A DNA stretch of 64,000 nt. It comes from Bacillota bacterium (lineage in GTDB: Bacteria > Bacillota > Limnochordia > Darwinibacteriales > Darwinibacteriaceae). This document shows positions 29,454 through 38,970 of the stretch, in pieces; the stretch's first letter is position 1, and the number at the start of each line of letters is the position of its first letter. Made by a program: the position numbers and the translations under genes. The stretch spans positions 1,349 to 65,348 of the forward strand of contig DURH01000001.1 of assembly GCA_012837385.1 (NCBI GenBank). Direction: 5' to 3'. The notes beneath the pieces are model-generated. The model saw only the letters and a list, made by a program, of their open reading frames with translations, had not been told where the DNA came from and made no database searches.

Positions 29454-30215
29454 ATGAACAAAAAAATGCAGTTAATTGCCGCGGTTCTTCTGATCTTTGC
29501 GCTGGCCCAGGCAGTCCAGGCGCAGGATTTCAGCCATATGGAAGCGATTCTAGAAAGGATCGACGCTCAATCCCGCTTCGACGGCATGGACTTTTCCTGC
29601 GTGCTCACCATGATTGTGGAAGACCCAGAAGAGGGGATTGAAAAACTAGTAGTCAGACAGTTTCGGCGGGATGATGGGGAACGCTACCTGCTGCTGATCC
29701 AAGAGCCTGTCACCCAAAGGGGCCAGGGATATCTCTTGGAGGGCGATAACTTGTGGTTCTACGACCCCTCTAGTAGGCAGTTCGCCCATACTTCCCTGAA
29801 AGAGACTTTCCAGGATTCCGATGTGCGCAACGCCGACTTCGGGCAGAGTTCTTATGCATCGTCCTATGAAGTGGAAGGGTATCTCGAGGGCATCCTAGGC
29901 AATTTTGACGTGTACATCATTGAACTGAAAGCGGTCGATGATACAGTACCCTTCCCCTATGCCAAGATCTGGGTAACGAAGGATTCTAACTTGGTGCTCA
30001 AGGCAGAGGAATACAGCTTGACCCGCAGGCTGATGCGCTCAGCACTCTTTCCTAAGTATACCAAGGTGGGAGAGGCTGTGATCCCTGTGCAGATGGTCTT
30101 CGTGGACGAATTGGTGGAAGGCAAGAAGACCCAGGTCAGCCTCAGTGAGATCTCTGTAAGCCAGATTCCAGATCATGTCTTTACCAAGGCCTATATTGAA
30201 CGAGTAAACCGCTAG
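29454..30215 (+). CDS. LolA-like (lipoprotein-sorting/RseB-fold) secreted protein
   Basis: Signal peptide MNKKMQLIAAVLLIFALAQAVQAQ. The body has the LolA-like pattern of an unclosed beta-barrel (...YLLEGDNLWFYDPSSRQFAHTS...). The start is ATG 29454 after GGGAGG. The listed ORF has a 33-codon overlap extension. Confidence 0.45.
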   Translation: MNKKMQLIAAVLLIFALAQAVQAQDFSHMEAILERIDAQSRFDGMDFSCVLTMIVEDPEEGIEKLVVRQFRRDDGERYLLLIQEPVTQRGQGYLLEGDNLWFYDPSSRQFAHTSLKETFQDSDVRNADFGQSSYASSYEVEGYLEGILGNFDVYIIELKAVDDTVPFPYAKIWVTKDSNLVLKAEEYSLTRRLMRSALFPKYTKVGEAVIPVQMVFVDELVEGKKTQVSLSEISVSQIPDHVFTKAYIERVNR

Positions 30216-30237
30216 GATAATCTCAAGGAGGGAAACC

Positions 30238-31530
30238 ATGCGCAGGACAATTTTACTTGGTGTGCTCCTGGCTGTGCTCGTCTGGAGCGGGACAAGCTGG
30301 GCCATGGATTTCGATGATCTCTTCGGTGGCGACTTGCTCATTGAGCTTGACCCCGAGGAAACGGTGGTGGCCCCTGAAGAGGCCCTCTTGGTTCAAGACC
30401 GCGTAGAGGTGGGAGGCAGGTACAACTTTAGCCTCAATGCTTCCAGGACAATTGCAGAGGGGGCCGATCCCTCAAACGATTTCCGGGCTTCCCTAGGTGG
30501 CCAGCTCTACCTGGATGCGAGGCCGGATCCGAACTTCCGGGCCTTTGGTAAAGTGGGGATCAACTACAACGTCAATAACAAAGAAAAACCCCTCACGGCT
30601 GAACTCCAGGAACTGTTTGCCGATTTCAACTACGGTAATAAGGTGTTTTTTCGGGCGGGCAAACAGAATGTCAAGTGGGGTGTGGGCTATTTCTTTAGTC
30701 CCGCGGACATTATCAATATTGGACGCATTGATCCCCTGAATCCTGAAGCGGAGCGGGAGGGCCCGGTTGCCCTCAAGATGCACTATCCCAGAGGAACAAA
30801 CAACTTCTACCTGTACACCCTCTTTGATGGTGTCACAGATGTACAACAGATAGCTTTTGCGCCTAAAGTGGAGTTTGTGGCCGGTAAGACGGAGTACAGT
30901 CTAGGAGGCTTCTATCAGAAAGACGACCATCCCCGGGTGATGGCTACGGTATCGTCTTCTTTTGGCGATATAGGTTTCTTTGGCGAAGCGGTAGCCGCCT
31001 GGGGTTCAGACCGGGGCTTTTTGGAGCCAAAAGGACCAGCCTATGAAATCGCAGAAAAGAAAGGCCTGTTCCTGCAGGTGACCGCTGGAGGGATGTACCG
31101 CTGGAAAGACAGCGAGGGGCTCTTAGATCTATCGGGAACCCTGCAGTACTACTTCAACGGAGAAGGATACAAGGATCAAGAGGGGATTAAAGCGGTGCGA
31201 TTGGCTTTGCTGAACCAAGGGTTTCCCCCTGTAGTCAACCCCCTCAAACTGGACTCCTTGGCGCTCTTGGGCAGCGGCAGGCATTATCTGGCTGGCGCCC
31301 TGTCCTGGAATAAGATGTTCGGGTCCAAGTTCTCAGCCTCCGTTTTTCTCCAGGCAAACCTGTCTGATGGTTCAGGGATGATCCACAGCACTCTGCGCTT
31401 GCCGTCAGTGAGCAAGATTTCACCCAGCATTGGTGTGAGTACCAACTTCGGATCTCCAGGCACGGAGTTTGGAGCCTTAGGGCGCACAGTCATGGTGTTT
31501 GCCGCGATAACCATAGGAGACTCTTTCTAG
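30238..31530 (+). CDS. secreted beta-strand-rich protein, candidate outer-membrane beta-barrel (hypothetical)
   Basis: Signal peptide MRRTILLGVLLAVLVWSGTSWA. It has many short amphipathic alternating segments (VEVGGRYNFSLNAS, FRAFGKVGINYNV, EYSLGGFYQK, LFLQVTAGGMYRWK) and is rich in G/Y/N/S. The C-terminus ...VMVFAAITIGDSF ends in Phe. Confidence 0.45.
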   Translation: MRRTILLGVLLAVLVWSGTSWAMDFDDLFGGDLLIELDPEETVVAPEEALLVQDRVEVGGRYNFSLNASRTIAEGADPSNDFRASLGGQLYLDARPDPNFRAFGKVGINYNVNNKEKPLTAELQELFADFNYGNKVFFRAGKQNVKWGVGYFFSPADIINIGRIDPLNPEAEREGPVALKMHYPRGTNNFYLYTLFDGVTDVQQIAFAPKVEFVAGKTEYSLGGFYQKDDHPRVMATVSSSFGDIGFFGEAVAAWGSDRGFLEPKGPAYEIAEKKGLFLQVTAGGMYRWKDSEGLLDLSGTLQYYFNGEGYKDQEGIKAVRLALLNQGFPPVVNPLKLDSLALLGSGRHYLAGALSWNKMFGSKFSASVFLQANLSDGSGMIHSTLRLPSVSKISPSIGVSTNFGSPGTEFGALGRTVMVFAAITIGDSF

Positions 31531-31580
31531 TCATCGATGCGGGCTCATTCGCGGGCCCGTATTCTAGCTATCTGAAACGG

Positions 31581-31638
31581 AAAAGGGCCGTGCGGAATGA
31601 ACCACTCGAAGTTCATTCCGCAACGGCCCCTTATTTTT
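31581..31638. terminator. strong bidirectional terminator between the beta-barrel-like gene and cheX
   Basis: GGGCCGTGCGGAATGAAC-CACTCGAA-GTTCATTCCGCAACGGCCCC with T/A runs on both sides. Confidence 0.8.
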
Positions 31639-32104
31639 AGTTCTGCCTGCCATGCAGGGATATGCTTACTTCTAGAGTGCCTAGCTCTGTGATGAGCGGC
31701 AGCACAACAGCCCTTTCTGTGGACATGGACAAGCTGCCGTCTGTCCCCACAAACACCTGCGGCGGAGAAATCTCGCAGGTTAGCTCATTGGCTGCCAAGT
31801 AAGTTACAGCATTACCGCTGATGATGTTGGCCACTTCGCCCAAGGCTGAGCTGACAAAAGCATCCAGCTTAGTCATGGACATACCGGCCATGATGCTCAC
31901 CATGTCCAAGGCCATCTGTTTGGGGAAGCTGTAGAGCAGAGAACCCCTGAGATCTCCTGTCACTCCGATAACGACGTTGGCTTCGCTCACGGGCACCAGC
32001 TCTTCCACAGCCCTGAGCTGACCCCTTTTTACATCGAGGTTCAGCATGATCCTAAACACATCAATCGTTGCTTTGTAAAACGGGTTTATGTACTCAACTC
32101 TCAT
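31637..32104 (-). CDS. cheX: CheX/CheC-family chemotaxis phosphatase-like protein
   Basis: 155 aa with CheC-like fold signatures (NPFYKATIDVF..., GVTGDLRGSLLYSFP, EVANIISGNAVTYL). Confidence 0.7.
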   Translation of the reverse strand: MRVEYINPFYKATIDVFRIMLNLDVKRGQLRAVEELVPVSEANVVIGVTGDLRGSLLYSFPKQMALDMVSIMAGMSMTKLDAFVSSALGEVANIISGNAVTYLAANELTCEISPPQVFVGTDGSLSMSTERAVVLPLITELGTLEVSISLHGRQN

Positions 32105-32517
32105 GGCTGCCCTCCTTGGGAGCGGATGAACGCGCCGATCTTCTGGTCTTCCTTGCCAACATGCATGATCAGCCAGGTCATCACTCGAGCTCCAAACTCC
32201 TGAACTTTTTCCTCGTCAAAGCCCTCGGCGGCAACTCGCTCAGCGAACTTCAGAATCTCCTCTCGAAAAGCAGCGTGGATGGCTGCATGCTTTTCCAGCC
32301 CAGGATAGCCGATCTGCCGCTGCAGCTCTTCTTCATCGGCGAAATGGATCACTACATAATCCTCCATAAACTCCAGCGTAGACTGGACTTCACTGAGGCG
32401 CTCTTCCCACGATTCGTCGCCCTGCACAACCCTTATAAAGTTTGCCACCCTGGTGAAGAGTTCTTGGTGCTGAGAGTCGATCAGGTCCGAGCCAACTCGG
32501 TAATGCTCTTTCCACAT
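32101..32517 (-). CDS. bacteriohemerythrin-like protein
   Basis: MWKEHYRVGSDLIDSQHQELF, the hemerythrin N-terminal W...G...ID.QH signature. Further His/Glu/Asp ligand motifs: HFADEEE, HAAIHAAF, MHVGKED. Its stop overlaps the cheX start. Confidence 0.8.
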   Translation of the reverse strand: MWKEHYRVGSDLIDSQHQELFTRVANFIRVVQGDESWEERLSEVQSTLEFMEDYVVIHFADEEELQRQIGYPGLEKHAAIHAAFREEILKFAERVAAEGFDEEKVQEFGARVMTWLIMHVGKEDQKIGAFIRSQGGQP

Positions 32518-32693
32518 ATCCGCGCGTCACTCCTTTCCCGGGGAGAATTCTGCGCGGCGCCAGCAAATCCTGCCAATTGGTCAGTATAATATGAAGCGCC
32601 TTAGTGATTTTATTCGTCCCCCAGGCCGGAAGGATAGTGGGGGCTGAACCAGAATAATGAAGGAGAAGCAGATAACGGAAGGAGTGGGTATGG

Positions 32694-33677
32694 TTGAAGC
32701 TAAAAATATCAGGGCCTGAAGTTCCCAACATGCCGTGGGAAGACCGCCCTGCGGGCAGTTCAGATGTGCTGTGGCGGTATTCCCAGAATCCCGTCATTCC
32801 CAGGGACCTCATCCCCTGTTCCAACAGCATTTTCAACAGCGCGGTAGTGCCCTATCAAGGAGAGTTCCGCGGTGTATTTCGCGTTGATAACAAAGCGAGG
32901 GAAATGCGGCTGCATGCTGGGCGCAGCAAAGACGCGGTGAACTGGGAGCTGGAGCATGAGCCCATCCAGTTTATCTGTGCCGATCAGGAGATTGGCGCCT
33001 TCCAGTACGGGTATGATCCCAGGGTTGTCTTTATCGAAGACCGCTACTATGTCACTTGGTGCAACGGCTACTTCGGACCCACCATCGGTGTTGCCTACAC
33101 CTATGACTTTGAGAAGTTTTATCAACTGGAGAACGCCTTTCTGCCCTTCAACCGCAATGGAGTGCTCTTTCCCCGCAAAATTGGCGGGAACTACGCCATG
33201 TTCTCCAGGCCCAGCGATAACGGGCATACCCCCTTTGGGGACATCTTCTACAGTGAAAGCCCCGACATGGTCTATTGGGGTAAGCACCGGTATGTGATGG
33301 GTACCACTGAGGGCTGGCAGTCCACCAAAATCGGGGCAGGGCCCATTCCCATCGAGACTTCAGAAGGCTGGCTCTTGATTTACCATGGGGTACTCACTTC
33401 CTGCAACGGATTTGTGTACAGTGCAGGCGCAGCCCTCCTGGATCTAGACAAACCTTGGAAGGTAATTGCCAGAAGCAAGCCCTACCTCATCTCACCACAG
33501 ACGCTCTATGAATGCGTAGGCGATGTCCCTAACGTAGTCTTTCCCTGTGCGGCTCTGGTGGACAGTGCCACGGGCAGATTGGCACTCTATTACGGCGGTG
33601 CCGATACAGTCACCGCGGTGGCCTTTGGTTATGTTCAAGAAATCGTTCAGTTTGTCAAAGAGAATTCCCTAGTATAG
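32694..33677 (+). CDS. GH130-family glycoside phosphorylase/hydrolase (beta-mannoside-type)
   Basis: 327 aa with a GH130 (DUF377) pattern: NPVIPR...[27 protein letters not shown], and later beta-propeller blades. TTG start after GGAAGGAG. ATG 32730 is an alternative. Confidence 0.6.
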   Translation: MKLKISGPEVPNMPWEDRPAGSSDVLWRYSQNPVIPRDLIPCSNSIFNSAVVPYQGEFRGVFRVDNKAREMRLHAGRSKDAVNWELEHEPIQFICADQEIGAFQYGYDPRVVFIEDRYYVTWCNGYFGPTIGVAYTYDFEKFYQLENAFLPFNRNGVLFPRKIGGNYAMFSRPSDNGHTPFGDIFYSESPDMVYWGKHRYVMGTTEGWQSTKIGAGPIPIETSEGWLLIYHGVLTSCNGFVYSAGAALLDLDKPWKVIARSKPYLISPQTLYECVGDVPNVVFPCAALVDSATGRLALYYGGADTVTAVAFGYVQEIVQFVKENSLV

Positions 33678-33691
33678 AAGGAGGAAGAAGC

Positions 33692-34861
33692 ATGCTGAAT
33701 TTCACGTTTTCCAACACCACAAAAATCGTCTTCGGTAAAGGAGTAGAGGAAAAGGTAGGTAAGGAAGCGGCTGTGTACGGCCGTAAGGTGCTTCTGCACT
33801 ATGGCGGTGGACACATTGTGCGCTCCGGCCTCAAAGCGAGGGTGGAAGCTTCCCTGCGGGAAGCTGGCCTTGAAATTGTGGAGCTGGGCGGAGTTCAGCC
33901 CAATCCTAGGCTGAGTTTGGTGCAGGAAGGTATTGAACTGGTACGCAGAGAAAAGGTGGATTTCATCTTGGCTGTTGGCGGCGGCAGCGTCATTGACTCG
34001 GCCAAAGCCATTGCCATCGGCGTGCCCTATGAGGGCAATGTGTGGGATTTCTATGCCGGTAAAGCAGATGCTGAAGAGAGCATGCCCGTGGGCGTGGTCC
34101 TGACCATTCCCGCGGCGGGCAGTGAAGCCAGCCCCAGTTCGGTAATCACCAATGAAGACGGATGGCTGAAGCGGGGGTACACCGCCTTGGTGATGCGCCC
34201 CAAGTTTGCCCTCATGAACCCAGAGCTCACTTTCAGCCTGCCTCCGTATCAAACGGCCTGCGGAGTTTCTGACATGATGGCCCACATTATGGAGCGCTAC
34301 TTCACCAACGAGCCTGAGGTCGGCTTCAGCGATCACCTCTGCGAGGCCGCTCTGCGCAGCATCATCCAAGAGGCGCCTAAAGTAATTGCTGAGCCTGAGA
34401 ACTATGGAGCTAGGGCGAATATCATGTGGGCAGGAACCATTGCCCATAACGATCTGCTGGGTATGGGCAGAAGCGAAGACTGGTCCTCCCACAATATTGA
34501 GCACGAGCTCAGCGCCATCTATGACATTGCCCATGGTGCGGGGTTGAGCATCGTGTTCCCTGCCTGGATGAAGTATGTGTACAAACATAATATCAATCGC
34601 TTTGTCCAGTTCTCAGTGCGGGTGTTCGGAGTTGAACAAGATTTCTTCAACCCAGAGCAGACTGTGCTGGAGGGGATCAGGCGCTTAGAAGAGTTCTACC
34701 GCAGAATCGGGCTGCCTGTGCGGCTGCAGGATGCCGAGATTCCCGCAGACCGCTTGGAGGAGATGGCTGCCAAGGCCACTGCCAACGACACCTTTAAGCT
34801 CGGGGCTTTCCTGCCCTTGGGACAGAAGGATGTCCTGGCTATTTACGAACTCTGCCGCTAG
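33692..34861 (+). CDS. iron-containing alcohol dehydrogenase
   Basis: GGGSVIDSAKAIA NAD-binding motif, with metal-binding His residues (HNIEHELSAIYDIAHGAGL). Confidence 0.9.
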   Translation: MLNFTFSNTTKIVFGKGVEEKVGKEAAVYGRKVLLHYGGGHIVRSGLKARVEASLREAGLEIVELGGVQPNPRLSLVQEGIELVRREKVDFILAVGGGSVIDSAKAIAIGVPYEGNVWDFYAGKADAEESMPVGVVLTIPAAGSEASPSSVITNEDGWLKRGYTALVMRPKFALMNPELTFSLPPYQTACGVSDMMAHIMERYFTNEPEVGFSDHLCEAALRSIIQEAPKVIAEPENYGARANIMWAGTIAHNDLLGMGRSEDWSSHNIEHELSAIYDIAHGAGLSIVFPAWMKYVYKHNINRFVQFSVRVFGVEQDFFNPEQTVLEGIRRLEEFYRRIGLPVRLQDAEIPADRLEEMAAKATANDTFKLGAFLPLGQKDVLAIYELCR

Positions 34862-35622
34862 CGGCGTCGCAGCACAGTGATGGGGCGGACTATCTCGCCC
34901 CGTCCTTCTCCTAGGGGCTGCTGCAGATTCCAGTCATTCCACCAACCTACAAATTCAAAATTGTGGAGCTTGGTAGCTGCCAGCATGAACTCCTGGGGAA
35001 AGATGGCGCGCCTCATCCCCTTGTGGAGGAGGGTGCGCTCTGCACCTTTTTCCTTGATGGTGAAGAGGATGTTTTCCTCGTAGAGCTGCTCAGCAGCATC
35101 ATGGAGGCGGGTGGTGTAGCGAGTGTTCACTGTGATGCCGCCGCGGCGCATCACCCAGCTGTCTACGGTGTGGCTGAGGGGCTCGAAATCGATGCACCAG
35201 TCCAGGAAATACAGCCCTCCCTGTTTGAGCCCCGCTTCAGCCGAGGTGAAGTGGCTGAGCAGGCCCTCTGTGTTTCCCACATAGAGTGAACCTAACATGA
35301 TGTAAAGGAAGTCCACAGGCTCGTTCAGCTTAAAGTCTGTCAGATCAGCTAAGTAGAATTTGGCCTCACAGTTCTTGCTGGCAGCTTTCTGCTGTGCGAA
35401 CTCGATCATGGTTGGATTCAAATCCAACCCGTAATACGTGTACCCGCGGTCGATCAGCTCCAGCATGTGGGGGCTGTTGCCGCAGGCCAGTTCCAAGACT
35501 GTGTTCACCGGTATCTTAGAGTACTTGGCTATGGCTTCTTCCATTACGTCCACTTCAGCAGGAATGTCTCGATAGGAAAAAGCTATTTCGTAGTAATGGG
35601 GGAAGCTATAGATGCTTTCCAA
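34858..35622 (-). CDS. class I SAM-dependent methyltransferase
   Basis: Motif I VLELACGNSPHMLELIDRGYTYYGLDLN, with post-I and motif II (DFLYIML). Confidence 0.8.
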   Translation of the reverse strand: MESIYSFPHYYEIAFSYRDIPAEVDVMEEAIAKYSKIPVNTVLELACGNSPHMLELIDRGYTYYGLDLNPTMIEFAQQKAASKNCEAKFYLADLTDFKLNEPVDFLYIMLGSLYVGNTEGLLSHFTSAEAGLKQGGLYFLDWCIDFEPLSHTVDSWVMRRGGITVNTRYTTRLHDAAEQLYEENILFTIKEKGAERTLLHKGMRRAIFPQEFMLAATKLHNFEFVGWWNDWNLQQPLGEGRGEIVRPITVLRRR

Positions 35623-35663
35623 ATCATCACCTTTTCTAGACCTTAATTGGAGGGACTTTCATA

Positions 35664-36197
35664 ATGAAGCACTGTACAGCCGTCTTGGGCGGAGGATGCT
35701 TTTGGTGCGTGGAAGCCGTTTTCAGTGATCTCAAGGGTGTTCTGGAAGTGATCCCAGGCTACAGCGGCGGCCATGTGGAAAACCCCACCTATGAACAGGT
35801 GTGCACCAACGAAACCGGCCACGCCGAGGTGGTGCAGATCACCTATGATGCCGATCAGATCAGCTATGCAGATCTTTTGAAGGTGTTCTTCAGCACCCAT
35901 AACCCCACTACCCTGAACCGGCAGGGGGAAGATGTGGGAACCCAGTACCGTTCCGTCATCTTTTTCGGCAGTGAAGAGGAACGGCAAACAGCTGAGGAAA
36001 TCAAACGGGAGATGGCGCCGCTGTGGGACGATCCGATTGTAACCGAGATCGCCCCACTGGAGAAATTCTATCCTGCCGAGGACTATCACCGCGACTACTT
36101 TAGGCGCAATCCCCAGCAGGCTTACTGTTCGATGGTGATTGCACCTAAGGTGGCTAAGTTCCGGGCTGAATACAGGGATCGGCTAAAGGCGCACTGA
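35664..36197 (+). CDS. msrA: peptide-methionine (S)-S-oxide reductase
   Basis: GGGCFWCVEAVF active-site motif, and YHQQY-like YHRDYF. Confidence 0.9.
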   Translation: MKHCTAVLGGGCFWCVEAVFSDLKGVLEVIPGYSGGHVENPTYEQVCTNETGHAEVVQITYDADQISYADLLKVFFSTHNPTTLNRQGEDVGTQYRSVIFFGSEEERQTAEEIKREMAPLWDDPIVTEIAPLEKFYPAEDYHRDYFRRNPQQAYCSMVIAPKVAKFRAEYRDRLKAH

Positions 36198-37439
36198 TTG
36201 AGGCAGCTCTACGGTGGCGAAGTAATCCTCGGGGGTTTCCGCCCTGCGGATCAGTTCTGTGCTGCCGTCTGTGCGCAGCAGCACCTCTGCCGAGCGGAGC
36301 CTGCCATTGTAGTTGTAGCCCATGGAATAACCGTGGGCTCCCGTGTCGTGAATCACCACTAAGTCGCCGATCTCGATTTTGGGCAGCCGGCGGTCAATGG
36401 CAAACTTATCATTGTTTTCGCAAAGCCCCCCAACCACGTCGTAGATGTGGTCGTGGGGGTGTTCTTCTTTCCCCGCCACGGTGATGTGGTGATAGGCTTT
36501 GTAGATGGCAGGGCGCATCAGATCCACGGCACAGGCATCCAGCCCGATATAGCTCTTGTGGGTTTCTTTGCGGCGGATGGCTGTGCTGATCAGCTGGCCG
36601 TAAGGAGCCAGCATAAAACGGCCGAGTTCAGTAACAACGGCGGCACTGCCTAACCCCGCGGGAACCATAACCTCCCTAAAGGCTTGTTCGACTCCTGCTC
36701 CTACTTTCATGACATCAACCGGTTCTTGGCTCGGGTGGTAGGGCACTCCCAATCCCCCTGAGAGGTTGACAAACGTGAAGCGGGCGCCTGTTTCTCCGTG
36801 GAGTTCCGCGGCCACCTCAAAGAGCGTCCGAGCCAGGGCGGGGTAGTAGTCGTTGGTAACCGCGTTGCTCACCAAGAAGGCGTGCAGCCCGAATTCCTCC
36901 ACGCCCAGCTCCAAGAGGGCTCGTACAGCCTGGGAAAGCTGGGGCCTGGTCATACCGAACTTGGCTTCTGCCGGGGTATCCATGATGCCGTTGCTCACCA
37001 CGAAGTTTCCCCCTGGATTGTAGCGCAGGCAGAGTTTCTTGGGAATGCTGGGGAGCTTGGCGATGTACTCCACATCTGTTACATCATCTAGGTTGATGAT
37101 TGCTCCGAGCCTGTGGGCTAAGAGGAAGTCCTTAAAGGGGGTCATGTTCGACGAAAACATGATCTCTTCGCCTCGAAAGCCCAGGGCCTCAGCGAGGAGG
37201 AGCTCAGTGGAGGTGGCGCAGTCAACGCCACAGCCCTCTGCCTTAAGGATATTCAAGATTACAGGGTTAGGGTTGGCTTTCACCGCGAAGTATTCTCTAA
37301 AGCCTGGGTTCCAGGCAAAGGCTTGGTGTAGGCGGGAGGCATTGTCCCGAATACCTCGTTCGTCGTAAAAGTGAAAGGGTGTTGGATACTGTGCTGCGAT
37401 TTCCCGCAGGCGCTGAGCGCTGACAAAAGATCTCTTCAT
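36183..37439 (-). CDS. lysA: diaminopimelate decarboxylase (fold-III PLP decarboxylase)
   Basis: YPTPFHFYDE, AVKANPNPVILNIL (PLP Lys), GCGVDCATSTEL, and a C-terminal beta-barrel domain. It has a 15-nt convergent overlap with the msrA stop. Confidence 0.75.
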   Translation of the reverse strand: MKRSFVSAQRLREIAAQYPTPFHFYDERGIRDNASRLHQAFAWNPGFREYFAVKANPNPVILNILKAEGCGVDCATSTELLLAEALGFRGEEIMFSSNMTPFKDFLLAHRLGAIINLDDVTDVEYIAKLPSIPKKLCLRYNPGGNFVVSNGIMDTPAEAKFGMTRPQLSQAVRALLELGVEEFGLHAFLVSNAVTNDYYPALARTLFEVAAELHGETGARFTFVNLSGGLGVPYHPSQEPVDVMKVGAGVEQAFREVMVPAGLGSAAVVTELGRFMLAPYGQLISTAIRRKETHKSYIGLDACAVDLMRPAIYKAYHHITVAGKEEHPHDHIYDVVGGLCENNDKFAIDRRLPKIEIGDLVVIHDTGAHGYSMGYNYNGRLRSAEVLLRTDGSTELIRRAETPEDYFATVELPQSVRL

Positions 37440-37465
37440 GGAAACCTCCGTTATGGTTAGGATTG

Positions 37466-37500
37466 GGCAATAGAAATACCCAACCCAAGCGGGTTGGGTT
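37466..37500 (-). terminator. terminator after deoD
   Basis: On the minus strand: AACCCAACCC-GCTT-GGGTTGGGT followed by ATTTCTATT. Confidence 0.6.
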
Positions 37501-37523
37501 GTTTGTTAAGCTGGACCGCTTGA

Positions 37524-38231
37524 CTACACGCTGATGGCCAGCTCCAAAGCGATCTCCATCATGTTCCTGAAGCCTACCTGGCGGTCATGGGCGGGCAGCT
37601 CCTGGGCGGTGTAGATCTCATCGGAAATGGTGAGCATGCAGAGTGCGTTTTTCTTAGCTTGGACGGCATTCATGTACAGGGCTGCCGCTTCCATCTCTAC
37701 TGCGAGCACGCCCATTTCCTTCCAGGCATCGGGCCTGCCGTATTTATTGTAGAAGACGTCCGACGAAAGCACGTTGCCCACAAAGAAGCGCTGCCCCTTT
37801 GCTTCGGCAATCTGCACAGCCTTGCTGAGCAGCTCCCAAGAGGCGATGGGGGCATAGGTGCCAGGCAGCTTGTACTGATAGGCGTAATTGGAATCGGTGC
37901 AGGCTCCCATAGCGAACACCATGTCCATGATCTTGACATCGTCATGGATGGCGCCTGCAGAACCGATGCGGATAATATTGTCCACATCATACATATTGTA
38001 CAGTTCATAGGTGTAGATTCCAATGGAAGGCATGCCCATACCGTGACCCTGCACGGACACGGGCTTTCCCTTATACAGGCCTGTAAAGCCGTACATGCCC
38101 CGTACTTCATTATAACATTTTACATCTTCCAGGTAAGTTTCTGCAACGAATTTCGCCCGCAGGGGGTCGCCTGGCATCAAAACAGTTTTCGCAATATCGC
38201 CTGGCTTGGCTGCATTATGCGGTGTAGTCAT
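37524..38231 (-). CDS. deoD: purine nucleoside phosphorylase, DeoD type
   Basis: Collinear with E. coli DeoD (TPHNAAKPGDIAKTVLMPGDPLRAKFVAETYLED...VSVQGHGMGMPS). The start is the second ATG (MTTPH), 6 nt after GAGGAGG. Confidence 0.9.
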   Translation of the reverse strand: MTTPHNAAKPGDIAKTVLMPGDPLRAKFVAETYLEDVKCYNEVRGMYGFTGLYKGKPVSVQGHGMGMPSIGIYTYELYNMYDVDNIIRIGSAGAIHDDVKIMDMVFAMGACTDSNYAYQYKLPGTYAPIASWELLSKAVQIAEAKGQRFFVGNVLSSDVFYNKYGRPDAWKEMGVLAVEMEAAALYMNAVQAKKNALCMLTISDEIYTAQELPAHDRQVGFRNMMEIALELAISV

Positions 38232-38364
38232 GTTCATCCTCCTCGCAAGATATCTTTCGCTCTATACTTTGACAAATGAGACGTACTTCCTTCACGCCGC
38301 GGGGGCGGGACGCGTTCCCCTGCATATTCTGTACGGACATCATCTCGTACAAGGAGGAAGTACT

Positions 38365-38955
38365 GTGGCAGTAACTCATCTTGTGGAAACGGGAGAAACC
38401 CTGTGGAGCATCAGCCTCAAATATGATGTGAGCGTGGAAGCAATCCGTATGGCCAACTCCTTAACCAGCGATCTGATTTACCCCGGACAGGAGCTGCTTA
38501 TTCCTGAGCAAGCGGAGCAGGCCCAAGATACAGTCACCACAGCCACTCTGCCCTCCCTGGAAGGAGGATTTGCCCTGCCCGAGGGCAGCTATACTCACCA
38601 GGATCTAGAAGATATTGCCCTCTTGGCTCGGCTGGTTTTTGCTGAGGCCAGGGGAGAGCCCTTTGAGGGGCAGGTCGCTGTAGCCGCTGTGCTGCTCAAC
38701 AGGGTAAAGCACCCCGAGTTCCCCAACACTGTGTGGGCAGCCGTCTATCAGCCGGGCCAGTTTGAACCTGTGGCCAATGGTTCCATTAACCAGATACCCA
38801 ACAATCTGGCCTACCTGGCGACAATGGAGGCGTGGCTGGGGAGTGATCCCACTTCTGGCGCCCTCTTTTTCTGGAATCCAGTCAAGGTTCCCGCTTCCAG
38901 CTGGGTATGGACCCTTCCGGTGAAACTGCAGATTGGCGGCCATGTCTTTGCCTAG
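38365..38955 (+). CDS. LysM domain plus SleB/CwlJ-type (Hydrolase_2) cell-wall hydrolase
   Basis: LysM: HLVETGETLWSISLKYDVSVEAIRMANSL...GQELLIP. SleB-like C-terminal domain: LLARLVFAEARGEPFEGQVAVAAVLLNRV...GQFEP. GTG start 38365 follows AAGGAGGAAG. The listed longer ORF would overlap deoD. Confidence 0.75.
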   Translation: MAVTHLVETGETLWSISLKYDVSVEAIRMANSLTSDLIYPGQELLIPEQAEQAQDTVTTATLPSLEGGFALPEGSYTHQDLEDIALLARLVFAEARGEPFEGQVAVAAVLLNRVKHPEFPNTVWAAVYQPGQFEPVANGSINQIPNNLAYLATMEAWLGSDPTSGALFFWNPVKVPASSWVWTLPVKLQIGGHVFA

Positions 38956-38970
38956 CTTCACGGCCCACAA

